From Reyranella sp. (GTDB lineage: Bacteria; Pseudomonadota; Alphaproteobacteria; Reyranellales; Reyranellaceae), in NCBI RefSeq assembly GCF_017305915.1, contig NZ_JAFKJN010000032.1, positions 5,596 to 69,595 of the forward strand: a stretch of 64,000 nucleotides of DNA, written 5' to 3'. The translations under genes were made by a program, and so were the position numbers. Below are positions 34,683 through 48,602 of the stretch, one piece after another. The stretch's first letter is position 1. Every line of letters starts with the position of its first letter. Under the pieces are notes generated by a model that was not told the origin of the DNA, made no database searches, and was given only the letters and a program-made list of their open reading frames with translations.

Positions 34683-36224
34683 ATGATCGCATCCGGCCAT
34701 CGCATTGCGTTGGCATGCCTGCTGTTGCTGCTCGGGATCGGCAGCGCCCTCGCGGCGCCGCCGCTGCCGAGGCTGGAGCGCGACCGCTGCGTCTTCCGTC
34801 CGCCGCGCGGCGACAAGATCGAATGCTACACGCTGGTGGTGGCCGAGAATCGCGCCAACCCGAAGAGCGCGGAGGTCCGGCTCAAGGTGGCGCGGCTGAA
34901 GGCCAAGCGGCCGATCGCGGCGGATCCGGTGATCTATCTCGCCGGCGGGCCGGGCGATGCGCCGCTGGTCGCCTCGACCACGGGTGCCGATCCGCTGGCC
35001 GAAGGGGACTGGTGGAACGACACGTCGGTCATTCGCAAGCGCCGCGACGTCATCATCGTCAGCCAGCGCGGCGCGGGAGGCTCGTCGCCCAATCTCGACT
35101 GCTTCGAGCCGCGCACCTCGGAGCCGGCGCGCGCCAAGCGCCGCGCCGTCACCGAGCCGCAGGAGCGCGAGATCCTGCTGCGCTGCCGCGCCGACTTCGA
35201 CCGCCGTAGGATCGACCTCGCGATGTTCTCGACGCCGACGCTGGCGGATGACGTCGCCGACCTGGTGGCGACGATGCAGCTCAAGCACGTCAACCTCTAC
35301 GGCATCTCCTACGGCACGCGCTGGGCGCTCGAGGTGATGCGCCGCCATCCCTCGATCGTGCGCGCCGTGGTGCTCGACGGCATCTACCCGCCGCAGATCA
35401 ACGGCGAGCAGAACGAGCCCGAGATCGTGCGCGGCGTGTTCGAGCAGCTTTATGCCGAATGCGCCGCCGACAAGCTGTGCCGCGAGCGCAATCCGGATCT
35501 GGTGGGCGGCGTCCGGGCGATCCTGAACGAGGCCGAGCGCACCCCGCTCGAGCTTACGCTGGCGCTCGAGGACGGGCCGCAGCCGGTCAAGCTCGACGGC
35601 GCCAAGCTGCTGCTGGTGATGCTGCACATGATGCGCCAGGGCGAGGCCGCGCTGGTGCCCGAGGCGGTGACGGCGCTGCGCCGCGGCGACAAGCGGCTGA
35701 TCCGCCAGTTCGCCGAGGATCTCGAGGAGGACGATGGCGGCCTGCTCGAGACCAACGCGCAGCAGTTCGGCGGGCTGTTCAACACCATCGAATGCCGCGA
35801 GACTTGGGCCGGCGTCGACCAGGCGGCGCGCGATCGGGCGATCCAGACCGGCGGCATCTACAGTTTGACGGCACAGCTCAGCAAGCTGCCGGCCTTCTGC
35901 CCGGTATGGCGGGTGCCGGTGGCGCCGGCGACCGAGCGCCAGCCGGTCACCGCGGCGCTGCCGACCCTGCTGCTGAGCGGCGGCTACGACTGGCTGACCC
36001 CGGCGACCTGGGGCCGCGAGGCCGCACGGCACCTGCCCGAAGCGCGGCACGTGATCTTCCGCGCCCAGGGCCACGGCGTGTCGAGCCAGGACTCGTGCGC
36101 GGCGCGGCTGCGCGACGAGTTCTTCGACGCGCCCGATCCGCGCTGGCCGTTGCCGTGCCGCGCCGATGCCCCGCCGGATTTCGCCGGCGCGGCCGAGCGG
36201 GTGAAAGCGATGAAGAACGAATGA
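34683..36224 (+). CDS. secreted alpha/beta hydrolase (S33 prolyl/tripeptidyl aminopeptidase-like)
   Basis: Signal peptide IALACLLLLLGIGSALA. VIYLAGGPGDA oxyanion region. Nucleophile NLYGISYGTRWA. GHGV near the C-terminus. Start uncertain (ATG 34647, 34665 or 34683). Confidence 0.85.
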   Translation: MIASGHRIALACLLLLLGIGSALAAPPLPRLERDRCVFRPPRGDKIECYTLVVAENRANPKSAEVRLKVARLKAKRPIAADPVIYLAGGPGDAPLVASTTGADPLAEGDWWNDTSVIRKRRDVIIVSQRGAGGSSPNLDCFEPRTSEPARAKRRAVTEPQEREILLRCRADFDRRRIDLAMFSTPTLADDVADLVATMQLKHVNLYGISYGTRWALEVMRRHPSIVRAVVLDGIYPPQINGEQNEPEIVRGVFEQLYAECAADKLCRERNPDLVGGVRAILNEAERTPLELTLALEDGPQPVKLDGAKLLLVMLHMMRQGEAALVPEAVTALRRGDKRLIRQFAEDLEEDDGGLLETNAQQFGGLFNTIECRETWAGVDQAARDRAIQTGGIYSLTAQLSKLPAFCPVWRVPVAPATERQPVTAALPTLLLSGGYDWLTPATWGREAARHLPEARHVIFRAQGHGVSSQDSCAARLRDEFFDAPDPRWPLPCRADAPPDFAGAAERVKAMKNE

Positions 36225-37156
36225 ACCGCGTATTGGCCCATACCGGAGTCGAGGTTCCCATCGTGCAGGCGCCGATGGGCTGGATCGCCCGCAGCCAGCT
36301 CGCCTCGGCGGTGTCCAATGCCGGCGGCCTCGGCGTCATCGAGACCTCGAGCGGCGAGGTCGACGCCTGCATGGCCGAAATAGCCCGCATGCGCGAGCTC
36401 ACCGACAAGCCGTTCGGCGTCAACCTGCCGCTGCTGTTCATCCGCGATCCGCGTGTCGTCGATCTGGTGGCCAACTCGGGCGTGAGGTTCGTCACGACCT
36501 CGGCGGGATCGCCGGCCAAGCTGCTGCCGACGCTGAAGGCCGCGGGGCTGACGGTCTATCACGTGGTGCCGAACCTCTCGTCGGCGCTGAAGGCGGTCGA
36601 TGCCGGCGTCGACGGGCTGATCGTCGAAGGCGGCGAGGGCGGCGGCTTCAAGAATCCCGACGATGTCTCGACCCTGGTGCTGCTGCAGGCGGTGCACGAG
36701 CGCTGCGACGTGCCGTTGATCGCCGCCGGCGGCATCTGCGACGGCCGCGGCATGGCGGCGGCCTTCGCCTTGGGCGCCGAGGGCGTGCAGATGGGCACGC
36801 GGTTCGTCAGTGCCGCCGAGAGCCCGGTGCACGCCAACTACAAGCAGGCGATCGTCGATGCCGACGACACCGGCACGGTGATGCTGAACCGCAAGTCGAC
36901 GCCGTGCGTGCGGGCGCTCAAGACCGAACGCGCCCGGGAGATCGACCGGGTGGGTGGCTTCGACCGCGCGATCTTCGGCAGCGTGAAGGACGTCTATTTC
37001 GGCGGCGACATGGAAGCCTCGCTGGCGCTGGCCGGCCAGACCGTCGGGCTGATCCACGAGGTGTTGCCGGTCGCCGAGATCATCAAGCGCACCGTCGAGG
37101 GCTTCCATCGCATCCGCCGCGAGCAGGGCGAGCGCACCCAGGCCGGCGCCTTCTGA
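36221..37156 (+). CDS. nitronate monooxygenase (NMO / FabK-like FMN enzyme)
   Basis: VPIVQAPMGWIARSQLASAVSNAGGLGVI, PFGVNL, LIVEGGEGGGF, AAGGICDGRGMAAAFALGAEGVQMGTRF. The ATG overlaps the upstream stop (ATGA). Confidence 0.9.
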   Translation: MNRVLAHTGVEVPIVQAPMGWIARSQLASAVSNAGGLGVIETSSGEVDACMAEIARMRELTDKPFGVNLPLLFIRDPRVVDLVANSGVRFVTTSAGSPAKLLPTLKAAGLTVYHVVPNLSSALKAVDAGVDGLIVEGGEGGGFKNPDDVSTLVLLQAVHERCDVPLIAAGGICDGRGMAAAFALGAEGVQMGTRFVSAAESPVHANYKQAIVDADDTGTVMLNRKSTPCVRALKTERAREIDRVGGFDRAIFGSVKDVYFGGDMEASLALAGQTVGLIHEVLPVAEIIKRTVEGFHRIRREQGERTQAGAF

Positions 37157-37224
37157 TTTGAATCAAGACAAGCCGGGAGGGGACGTGCTCCAATAGTATA
37201 ATTGCACACAAATTTTTGGTTAAA

Positions 37225-38931
37225 ATGTGTGTCGAATCGCCTGCTGTCCTCGTCGAGCCGCGTCCCCGGCTCCGCGATCTGTTCACGCCCAAGCTCGTCA
37301 CCATCCTGGCCGAGGGCTACGGGGTCGCGGCGTTGCGCGCCGACATCGTCGCCGGGCTCACGGTGGCGATCGTCGCCCTGCCGCTGTCGATGGCGATCGC
37401 CATCGCCTCCAACGCCACGCCCGAGCGCGGCCTCTATGCAGCGGTCGTCGGCGGCTTCCTGGTGTCGGCGGTGGGCGGCAGCCGGTTCCAGATCGGCGGA
37501 CCGGCCGGCGCCTTCATCGTGCTGGTCGCGGCGGCGGTCGATCGCCACGGCATCGATGGCGTGCTGCTGGCCACCGCGATGGCTGGCGTGATGCTGACGG
37601 CCGCCGGCTTCTTGCGGCTCGGCACCTACATCAAGTTCATCCCCTATCCGGTGACGGTCGGCTTCACAGCGGGCATCGCGGTCATCATCTTCGCCAGCCA
37701 GATCCACGACTTGCTGGGCCTTACGCTCGCCGGCAAGGAGCCCGGCCCGATCGTCCCGAAGATCGCGGCGCTTGTGCAGGCGGGGGCGACCCTCAACCCG
37801 ATGGCCGTCGGCCTGGCGCTGGCCGCGATCGGCCTGATCGTCGGCCTGCGCAAATGGCGGCCGCACTGGCCGGGCATGCTGATCGCCGTCGCCGCCACCG
37901 CCGTCGCGGCCTGGGCGCTCGGGCTGCCGGTCGAGACCATCGGCACGCGCTTCGGCGGCATCCCGCAGGCCTTTCCGGCGCCGCATCTGCCGGCCCTTTC
38001 GCTCGCCAGGATGGAAGCGGTGCTGCCCGATGCGTTGGCCTTCGCCCTGCTGGGCGCCATCGAATCGCTGCTCTCGGCCGTGGTTGCCGACGGCATGACC
38101 GGCCGGCGCCATCGCTCGAACTGCGAACTGGTGGCGCAGGGCGTCGCCAATGTCGGCAGTGCCCTGTTCGGCGGCCTCTGCGTCACCGGCACGATCGCGC
38201 GCACCGCGACCAACGTCCGCGCCGGCGCGCGCGGGCCGATCGCCGGCATGGCGCATGCGGCATTCGTGCTGGGCTTCATCCTGCTGGCCGCGCCGCTCGC
38301 CAGCTCCATCCCGCTGGCGGCGCTGGCCGGCGTGCTGGCGACGGTCGCCTGGAACATGGCGGAGAAGCACCAGTTCGCGGCGCTGCTCAGGAGCTCGCGC
38401 GGCGACGCGGCGGTGCTGCTGGCGACCTTCGGCCTCACGGTTTTCCGCGACCTCACCGAAGGCATCGTCGTCGGCTGCGCGATCGGCGCCATCCTGGTGC
38501 TGCATCGCATAGCCCAGACGGCGGGCATCCAGTCGGGCACGCCGTTCGTGCCGGCCGACCGGCCCGACACGGCCGATCCACGCACGCCCTACGACGCCGA
38601 GACGGTCAGCCACAGCAACGTCGTCGTCTATCGCCTGACCGGCGCCTTCTTCTTCGGCACGGCGTCGATGGTCGGTGCGGTGCTCGACCGCATCGGCGAC
38701 AAGCACAAGGCCTTCGTGCTCGATTTCGCCGCGGTGCCGTTCGTCGATTCGACCGCCGCCAACGTCATCGCCTCGCTGGCCCGTCGCACCTCCCGCCACA
38801 AGGTGAAGCTCTATCTCACCGGGGCGAGCCCGGCGGTCCGGCGGGCCCTGCTCGTCGCCGGTATCCGTCCGCCGCTCGCGACCTACCGCAAGAGCATCGA
38901 TAACGCGCTGCAGGAGGCATCGTCCGTGTAA
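37225..38931 (+). CDS. SulP family inorganic anion transporter with C-terminal STAS domain
   Basis: DIVAGLTVAIVALPLSMAIAIASN, GGSRFQIGGPAGAF, and a STAS tail (VVVYRLTGAFFFGTAS...VPFVDSTAANV). Confidence 0.92.
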   Translation: MCVESPAVLVEPRPRLRDLFTPKLVTILAEGYGVAALRADIVAGLTVAIVALPLSMAIAIASNATPERGLYAAVVGGFLVSAVGGSRFQIGGPAGAFIVLVAAAVDRHGIDGVLLATAMAGVMLTAAGFLRLGTYIKFIPYPVTVGFTAGIAVIIFASQIHDLLGLTLAGKEPGPIVPKIAALVQAGATLNPMAVGLALAAIGLIVGLRKWRPHWPGMLIAVAATAVAAWALGLPVETIGTRFGGIPQAFPAPHLPALSLARMEAVLPDALAFALLGAIESLLSAVVADGMTGRRHRSNCELVAQGVANVGSALFGGLCVTGTIARTATNVRAGARGPIAGMAHAAFVLGFILLAAPLASSIPLAALAGVLATVAWNMAEKHQFAALLRSSRGDAAVLLATFGLTVFRDLTEGIVVGCAIGAILVLHRIAQTAGIQSGTPFVPADRPDTADPRTPYDAETVSHSNVVVYRLTGAFFFGTASMVGAVLDRIGDKHKAFVLDFAAVPFVDSTAANVIASLARRTSRHKVKLYLTGASPAVRRALLVAGIRPPLATYRKSIDNALQEASSV

Positions 38932-38941
38932 TATCGGCGGC

Positions 38942-39928
38942 ATGAAACTACTGCTGTCCGACTTCGCCCTGCGTACCTGGGGCAACCACATCAAGGCCGC
39001 CCACGGCGACCTCACTTTCGTCACCGCCGAGCAGGCGCTGGCCGACGGCACCTGCGATGCCGAGATCGCCTTCATGACCCGTGAGGTCACCGGCAAGTCG
39101 AGCAAGAACAATCCGACTCCCGAGCTAGCCGGCTTCGACACTGTGGTGCGCACCACGCCGACGCTCAAATGGCTGCAGATCCATCCCGCCGGCGCCGAGC
39201 GGCCGATCTATCGCGAGCTCAGGGCGCGCGGTGTGAAGGTCACCACCGCCTCGGGCGCGACCGCGGTGACGGTCTCGCACAGCGTCCTGGGCGCCCTGAT
39301 CGCCATCAACCGGCGCTTCCCGTTGCTGGCCGACGCGCAGCGCCGCCATGCCTGGGAGCCGCGGCTGGGCGAGCGCTCGCCGCGCGACCTCAAGGGCCAG
39401 TGCGCGGTGATCGTAGGAATGGGCCCGATCGGCCGCAATATCGCGCGCCTGCTGAAGGCGCTCGACATCCGCTCGATCGGCGTGCGCCGCAGTGCCGAGC
39501 CGGTGCCGGAGTGCGATCGCACCGTCGCCTACGATGACTTGCCGGCGGTGCTGCCCGAAGCCGATGTGCTGATCCTGTGCTGCCCCGCCTCGCCGGTGAC
39601 GCGCGGCATCGCCAATGCCGGCGTGTTCGCGGCCATGCCCAAGGGGTCGCTGCTCATCAACGTCTCGCGCGGCGAGATCGCGGTCGAGAAGGATGTGACC
39701 GCGGTGCTGCAGAGCGGCCATCTCGCCGGCGCCTATCTCGATGTGTTCGAACGCGAGCCGCTCGAAGCAGCCTCGCCGTTGTGGGACATCCCGAACGTGC
39801 TGATCTCGCCGCATACCGCGAGCCACTCGCTCGGCCAGAACGAGGCGATCTTCGGCATCTTCCTGGAGAACCTCGTGCGCTTCCGCGAAGGGCGGAAGCT
39901 GCGCAACGACGTCGACGATCTCGGCTAA
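38942..39928 (+). CDS. D-2-hydroxyacid dehydrogenase family protein (NAD-binding)
   Basis: VIVGMGPIGRNIARLL Rossmann motif, INVSRGEIAVE, DVFEREPL, SPHTAS catalytic His region. Confidence 0.88.
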   Translation: MKLLLSDFALRTWGNHIKAAHGDLTFVTAEQALADGTCDAEIAFMTREVTGKSSKNNPTPELAGFDTVVRTTPTLKWLQIHPAGAERPIYRELRARGVKVTTASGATAVTVSHSVLGALIAINRRFPLLADAQRRHAWEPRLGERSPRDLKGQCAVIVGMGPIGRNIARLLKALDIRSIGVRRSAEPVPECDRTVAYDDLPAVLPEADVLILCCPASPVTRGIANAGVFAAMPKGSLLINVSRGEIAVEKDVTAVLQSGHLAGAYLDVFEREPLEAASPLWDIPNVLISPHTASHSLGQNEAIFGIFLENLVRFREGRKLRNDVDDLG

Positions 39929-40887
39929 GGCCGGCCCTGCTGGCTGGCGTAATAGGCGGCCTTGCGGGCCCGCATGATCTCGCCCAACGGCCGGTGTGTC
40001 GCCAGGCCCGCCCAGGGATCGAACCGCGCCGCCTCGGCCTGCTTGGCCGTGGCGTCGCCGGCGGCATTGAGCGACAGGCGGGCCACCGTGACGATCGGCG
40101 TCTCTGAATCGGGCCATGATTTTGAGGTGTCCTCGATCGGCGTCGTCGCTTCGTCGACGAAGAACTGCAGCTCCATGTCCCACTGCACCGGCCCGATCGC
40201 CAGCCGCTCGCGTAGATCGGCGACGATGTCCTTGGACCGCGCCGACGGCGGCGGATTGCCGACCGGCTTCAGTCGCACCCTGACCGCATAGGGGCCGCAA
40301 CAGAGCGGCGCCACGGTACTGAAGCGCTCGGCGGCGAAGCCGTTGAATTTCTTGCCCAGCGACGCGAACAGCGCGCGCACACGGGCGAAGCCGCCGATCA
40401 GGCCGTGGGCCTTGAAGAAGTGCAGCAGGCCGGCGATGACCCCGGGCGTCGCCGCCTCCAGGAAGTCGACGAACTCACGGCTGTCGCGGGTCGGCAGGCG
40501 ATCCTGGTTGATCATCAGGAAGTCCTGGTGATCGGTCGTGCCGCCCAGCGCCGAGGGACCGTCGACGCCGAACACCTGGATCGCGAATCCGCGGATATCG
40601 GGGGTACGGTTTGACTGCACCTCGGGGCCGCCGTTGGAGAAGCGCGCCAGCACGCGGTGCGCACCGGGCGTGGCGAACAGGCCGTGGCGGGCTTGCTCGG
40701 GCAGGCCGTCCAGCACCTCCAGCGTGCCGGTGGTGGCGAGCAGCTGCTTGCGATGCAGGGCGCGGCCCGGCCCGTACCTGGCCGAGCGATGGCGCTGCAG
40801 GTTGCCGATCACCTCGGCGACGTGCTTGAGATGCGCCTCTTCATCGGGCGCGATGCGTTCCTGCCAATCGGTGCTGGGCGGCTTCAT
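39925..40887 (-). CDS. catalase-related (mini-catalase / catalase family) haem protein
   Basis: RALHRKQLLATTGTLEV...ARFSNGGPEVQSN..PDIRGFAIQVF matches the proximal catalase-core pattern (H..G....F, RFS, D.RGFA) in a 320-aa protein. Confidence 0.75.
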   Translation of the reverse strand: MKPPSTDWQERIAPDEEAHLKHVAEVIGNLQRHRSARYGPGRALHRKQLLATTGTLEVLDGLPEQARHGLFATPGAHRVLARFSNGGPEVQSNRTPDIRGFAIQVFGVDGPSALGGTTDHQDFLMINQDRLPTRDSREFVDFLEAATPGVIAGLLHFFKAHGLIGGFARVRALFASLGKKFNGFAAERFSTVAPLCCGPYAVRVRLKPVGNPPPSARSKDIVADLRERLAIGPVQWDMELQFFVDEATTPIEDTSKSWPDSETPIVTVARLSLNAAGDATAKQAEAARFDPWAGLATHRPLGEIMRARKAAYYASQQGRP

Positions 40888-40897
40888 GCGCCGCAGT

Positions 40898-41731
40898 CTA
40901 GCGCTTGGCGGCGAGGCTCCGGAACAGCGCGTCGCTGCGGTCGTCGGCCGGGAAGAAGCACTCGATGCGGACCTCCTGCAAGGTGACGTCCTGCGGCGTG
41001 CCCAGGGTCGAGATGGCGGTGAACACCGAGAGCGACCGGCCGCTCACGATGTAATCGAGGGTCAGGATGGGCTGCGGCCGCTCCTCGAAGCGGAGCTTGC
41101 GGAACGAGGCCGGCACGTCGGGGTAGGCCATCACCTCCTCGATGAAGGCGAGCGCCTTGGGCTCGCCGCCGTCGGCCAGGATCTCGGCATAGGTGGTCGA
41201 GACCAGGTGGCGCGCGACCTCCTCCCAGTTGGCGAGCTTGGGGCGCAGCGCTTTGGGATCGAGCAGCCAACGCAGGATGTTCGGCGCCTTGCCCGGCGGC
41301 GGCGCGGGCGGCGGGCCTTCGAACAGGAACAGGGTGAAGGCGGTGGCCGCGTCGTTGGCCTGCTGCAGGTTCCACAGGCGATCGACCACGATCGCCGGAT
41401 AGGGCTCCTGCTGTTTCAGGATGCGCTCGATCGCCTGGCGCACCGGCGCCAGCTCGGGGGCGGCGAGATTGCTCTCGCGATAGACCGGCGCGAAGCCCGC
41501 GGCGAGCAGCATGGCGTTCCTCTGGCGCAGCGGCACGTCGAGCGCTGAGGTGAGCTGAACCACCATCTCGCGGCTGGGCCGGGCGCGGCCCGATTCGAGG
41601 AAGCTCACGTGCCGCTGCGAGACGCCGGATTGCAGCGCCAGCGCGAGCTGGCTGGCGCCGCGCCGTCGCCGCCAGGCGCGCAGCATGGGGCCGAACAGGT
41701 CGGGCGGGGTCGCGGGTTGGATATTCACCAT
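40898..41731 (-). CDS. MmyB-like helix-turn-helix (XRE family) transcriptional regulator
   Basis: LRAWRRRRGASQLALALQSGVSQRHVSFLESGRARPSREMV HTH, followed by a ~170-aa MmyB-type ligand domain. ATG 41731. Confidence 0.85.
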   Translation of the reverse strand: MVNIQPATPPDLFGPMLRAWRRRRGASQLALALQSGVSQRHVSFLESGRARPSREMVVQLTSALDVPLRQRNAMLLAAGFAPVYRESNLAAPELAPVRQAIERILKQQEPYPAIVVDRLWNLQQANDAATAFTLFLFEGPPPAPPPGKAPNILRWLLDPKALRPKLANWEEVARHLVSTTYAEILADGGEPKALAFIEEVMAYPDVPASFRKLRFEERPQPILTLDYIVSGRSLSVFTAISTLGTPQDVTLQEVRIECFFPADDRSDALFRSLAAKR

Positions 41732-41841
41732 GCGGCAAAGGTACCACCTCCCGCCGGATCGGCGATTACCTCCCCCGTAATTGCTGGAGGCGCGGTCCGG
41801 GGCGAATTCTCGGGGCGTCCGAGCCATTGAAGGAGGACGTC

Positions 41842-42258
41842 ATGAACGCATCCGATCGTCTGCTGCGGCGCACCCTGTGGGGCAACGCCGTCTTCTCCGT
41901 GATCTCCGGCGCCGTGCTGGTGGCCTGCGCCGGGCCGTTCGCCGCCTGGGCGACGCACGAGCCGGTGTCGCTGGCGGGCCTCGACCTCGCCATCGTCTTC
42001 GAGCTGCTCGGCCTGGGCGTCGTGCTGTTCGGCGCGCTGTGCGGCTGGGCGGCGTCGCGCGAGACCATGCCGCAGGGCCTGGCCCGCATGATCTTCGCCG
42101 CCGACATCGCCTGGGTCGCGGGCAGCGTGCTGGTGCTGATGCTGCCGGCGGCGTGGACCGGCCTCGGCATCGCGGGCATCGCCGCGGTGGCGCTGATCGT
42201 GGCCGACATTGCCATTCTGGAGTATCTCGGCCTGCGCCGGCTGAACACCGCCCACTGA
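41842..42258 (+). CDS. hypothetical 4-TM membrane protein
   Basis: Four hydrophobic helices. GAAGGAGG RBS 5 nt before ATG 41842. No recognised family. Confidence 0.7.
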   Translation: MNASDRLLRRTLWGNAVFSVISGAVLVACAGPFAAWATHEPVSLAGLDLAIVFELLGLGVVLFGALCGWAASRETMPQGLARMIFAADIAWVAGSVLVLMLPAAWTGLGIAGIAAVALIVADIAILEYLGLRRLNTAH

Positions 42259-42270
42259 ACGGAGACGACC

Positions 42271-42666
42271 ATGGACAAGCTTCAGTTCCTGAACGACCAC
42301 CCGCTGCCCTTCGCCAAGCTGCTGGGACTGAAGTTCGTGGCCGCGAGCGAGACGGGCGTGAAGGCGGAGATGGTGGTCAAGCCCGAGCTCTGCACGCGTC
42401 CCGACATCCTGCACGGCGGCGCGGTGATGGCCTTCGCCGACACGCTCGGCGCCGCCGCCACCGTGCTCAACCTGCCGGAAGGCAAGGGCACCACGACGAT
42501 CGAGAGCAAGACCAACTTCGTGGGGCCCGCGCCGGTCGGCGCGACGGTGATCGGCGAGACCACGCCGATCCATCGCGGCCGGCGCACCCAGGTCTGGACC
42601 ACCCGCATCACCACCGCCGAGGGCAAGCTGGTGGCGGTGGTCACCCAGACTCAGATGGTGCTGTAG
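42271..42666 (+). CDS. PaaI family (hotdog-fold) thioesterase
   Basis: PFAKLLGLKFV...ILHGGAVMAFADTLGAAA...TIESKTNF...RGRRTQVW pattern of PaaI/YbgC-type 4HBT thioesterases. Confidence 0.88.
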   Translation: MDKLQFLNDHPLPFAKLLGLKFVAASETGVKAEMVVKPELCTRPDILHGGAVMAFADTLGAAATVLNLPEGKGTTTIESKTNFVGPAPVGATVIGETTPIHRGRRTQVWTTRITTAEGKLVAVVTQTQMVL

Positions 42667-42672
42667 CGCCGT

Positions 42673-43254
42673 TCAGGATTCTGCCGCCGAGCGTTCGGCG
42701 CGCGCCGCGGCGAACACGGCTCGTGCAGCATCCGCATTCAGGATCGCGATCCCCACACCGACGACGAGGTCGGGCCAACCCGATGCGGACAGCACGGCGA
42801 CGCCGGCGGCGACCATGATCGCGACATTGGCGAGCGCATCGTTGCGCGCGGACAGGAAGGCGGCACGGGAAAGGCTGCCGGCGTGATGCCTGAACTTGGC
42901 GAGAACGAAGGCGCACGACAGGTTGACCGCGAGCGCGCCCATGCCCGTGAGAGTCATCGGCAAGGGGGCGGGAGCCTGCGGCGCGAGGAGTTTCTCCCAG
43001 GCCGTCCATGCCGTCGCCAATGCTGGGACCAGTAGAATTCCCGCAAGCAACATGCCGGTTCGGGCCCTTGCCCTGGGGCTCCACGGCAGCGCAACGAGGA
43101 TGAGGAAGTTGACCGACGCGTCCTCGAGAAAATCAATGCTGTCCGCGAACAGCGACACCGATCCGATCTGAAGCGCGACCGCGAACTCGACGATGAAATA
43201 CGCCAGATTGGCGACCGCCACGAAGGCGACGGCCTGTTTCAGGCTCGAGGGCAT
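42673..43254 (-). CDS. cation diffusion facilitator family transporter (membrane domain only)
   Basis: VANLAYFIVEFAVALQIGSVSLFADSIDFLEDA (TM1-TM2 metal site) and ARNDALANVAIMVAA (TM5). 193 aa, lacks the cytoplasmic CTD. Confidence 0.8.
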   Translation of the reverse strand: MPSSLKQAVAFVAVANLAYFIVEFAVALQIGSVSLFADSIDFLEDASVNFLILVALPWSPRARARTGMLLAGILLVPALATAWTAWEKLLAPQAPAPLPMTLTGMGALAVNLSCAFVLAKFRHHAGSLSRAAFLSARNDALANVAIMVAAGVAVLSASGWPDLVVGVGIAILNADAARAVFAAARAERSAAES

Positions 43255-43266
43255 CCGGCGCGCCCT

Positions 43267-43821
43267 CTAGCGCACCAGCAGCGCCGGGATGAAGGAGTTC
43301 AGCACCTTGTCGGCGTCGGCATTGCTCTGGCCGCTGGTCTGGGTCCAGCGGATGATGATCTTCACGAAATGCTCGCGGTAGCCGATCAGCAGGAACTTGC
43401 CGTAGATGCGGCCGGTCATCGAGCCGCCCTGGGCGCTGAAGGTGTTGCAGCGCAGGGTGAACTGGCCGTAGGAGCAGGCCGACGGCACCGCCGGCTTCTC
43501 GAAGCCCTTCATGCCGGCCGTCGAGGCCTGCTGGCTGATGTTGTTCAGCTCGTCGTTGAACTGGTTGATGACGGTCGGATGGCTGCTGCCGTTGGGCACC
43601 CGGCGGCCGCCGTCATAGACGTCGACCGTGATCTCCATGCCGTTGGATGCCTGGTACTGGTAGGTCGAGCCGAACGAGCGCGTCAGCGTCGTGCCGCCGA
43701 CGCTCTGGCCGAAGCTGATCTTGGTGCCGGGATCGACGGCCGGCGCCTGGGTCTGCCCTTGAGCGAGCGCAGCTCCTGCGGAGAGCAGGAGCGCGACGAG
43801 CGACGTGACGGTCCTGGACAT
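43267..43821 (-). CDS. hypothetical secreted protein
   Basis: Signal peptide MSRTVTSLVALLLSAGAALAQG. Non-repetitive, coding-like composition. No recognised domain. Starts 4 nt after the gyrB stop. Confidence 0.65.
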   Translation of the reverse strand: MSRTVTSLVALLLSAGAALAQGQTQAPAVDPGTKISFGQSVGGTTLTRSFGSTYQYQASNGMEITVDVYDGGRRVPNGSSHPTVINQFNDELNNISQQASTAGMKGFEKPAVPSACSYGQFTLRCNTFSAQGGSMTGRIYGKFLLIGYREHFVKIIIRWTQTSGQSNADADKVLNSFIPALLVR

Positions 43822-43825
43822 TGGC

Positions 43826-47483
<3,658 letters not shown>

Positions 47484-47487
<4 letters not shown>

Positions 47488-48602
47488 ACCCGCATCGGCA
47501 TGAGAACGTACAACGCGCTCTCATCGGCACCGTCGCGCACCAGGGTGGGCGAGCCGGCATCGGCCATCAGGAAGCGCGCCTCGGAGCCCGCGATCTGCTC
47601 GGTGATGTCCAGCAGGTAGCGCGAGTTGAAGCCGATCTCGAGGCCGGCAAACTTGTAGTCGACCTCGATCTCCTCGGTGGCGCTGCCGGCGTCGGGGCTG
47701 GTGGCCGACAGGGTGACGATACCCTTGTTGACCGCGAGCTTGATGGCGCGCGACTTCTCGGTGGAGATGGTCGAGACGCGGTCGACGGCCGAGGCGAACT
47801 CCTTGCACGGCACGTTCAGGACCTTGTCGTTGCCGGTCGGGATCACCCGCTCGTAGTCGGGGAAGGTGCCGTCGATCAGCTTGCTGACCAGGGTGACGCT
47901 GGCCGAGGCGAAGCGGATGCGGGTGTCGGAAAGCTCGATATCGACCGAGCCGTCGCTCTCGTCGAGCAGCTTGCGGACCTCACCCACGGTCTTGCGCGGC
48001 ACGATCACGCCGGGGATCTCGGCAGCCCCCTTGGGCAGCGGCACCTCGACCCGGGCCAGCCGGTGGCCGTCAGTCGCCACGCCGCGCAGCACGTCGGTAT
48101 TGCCCGACTTGGCGGCGTGGAAATAGATGCCGTTCAAGTAGTAGCGCGTTTCTTCGTTCGAGATGGCAAAACGCGTCCGGTCGATGATGCCCTTGAGGTC
48201 GGTCGCCGGGATCTGGAAGCGGTGCGGCAGGTCGCCCTCGTTCATCGCAGGGAAATCGGCCGGCGGCAGGCATTGCAGGCTGAAGCGCGAGCGGCCGGCG
48301 CGGATGGCGAGGCTGTTGCCGTCGCTCGCGGTCTCGAGCTCGACCTGGGCGCCGTCGGGCAGCTTGCGCACGATCTCGTAGAGGGTATGGGCCGGGGCGG
48401 TGGTCGAGCCGGTCTTGGCGGCGCTGGCATCGACCGTCTCGGTGATGGCGAGGTCCATGTCGGTCGCGGCCAGGCTCAGCCGGCCCTTCTGGGCGGTGAT
48501 CAGCACGTTCGACAGGATGGGGATCGTGTTGCGGCGTTCGACGACACTCTGCACATGGGCGAGGGCCTTCAGAAGCGCTGCCCGTTCGATCGTCAATTTC
48601 AT
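47484..48602 (-). CDS. dnaN: DNA polymerase III subunit beta (sliding clamp)
   Basis: MKLTIERAALLKALAHVQSVVERRNTIPILSNVLI..., three-domain clamp length (372 aa), terminal YVLMPMRV. Confidence 0.97.

Noticed and set aside
37197-37202. Perfect TATAAT hexamer 23 nt upstream of the SulP start, in an AT-rich patch with a CACACA..TGTGTG inverted repeat.
   Set aside because: There is no acceptable -35 element at 16-18 bp spacing. A single hexamer is insufficient to call a promoter.
36994-39168. 724-aa minus-strand ORF.
   Set aside because: It is antisense to the SulP transporter and the NMO 3' end. It is Arg/Gly/Asp-rich and has no domain signature.
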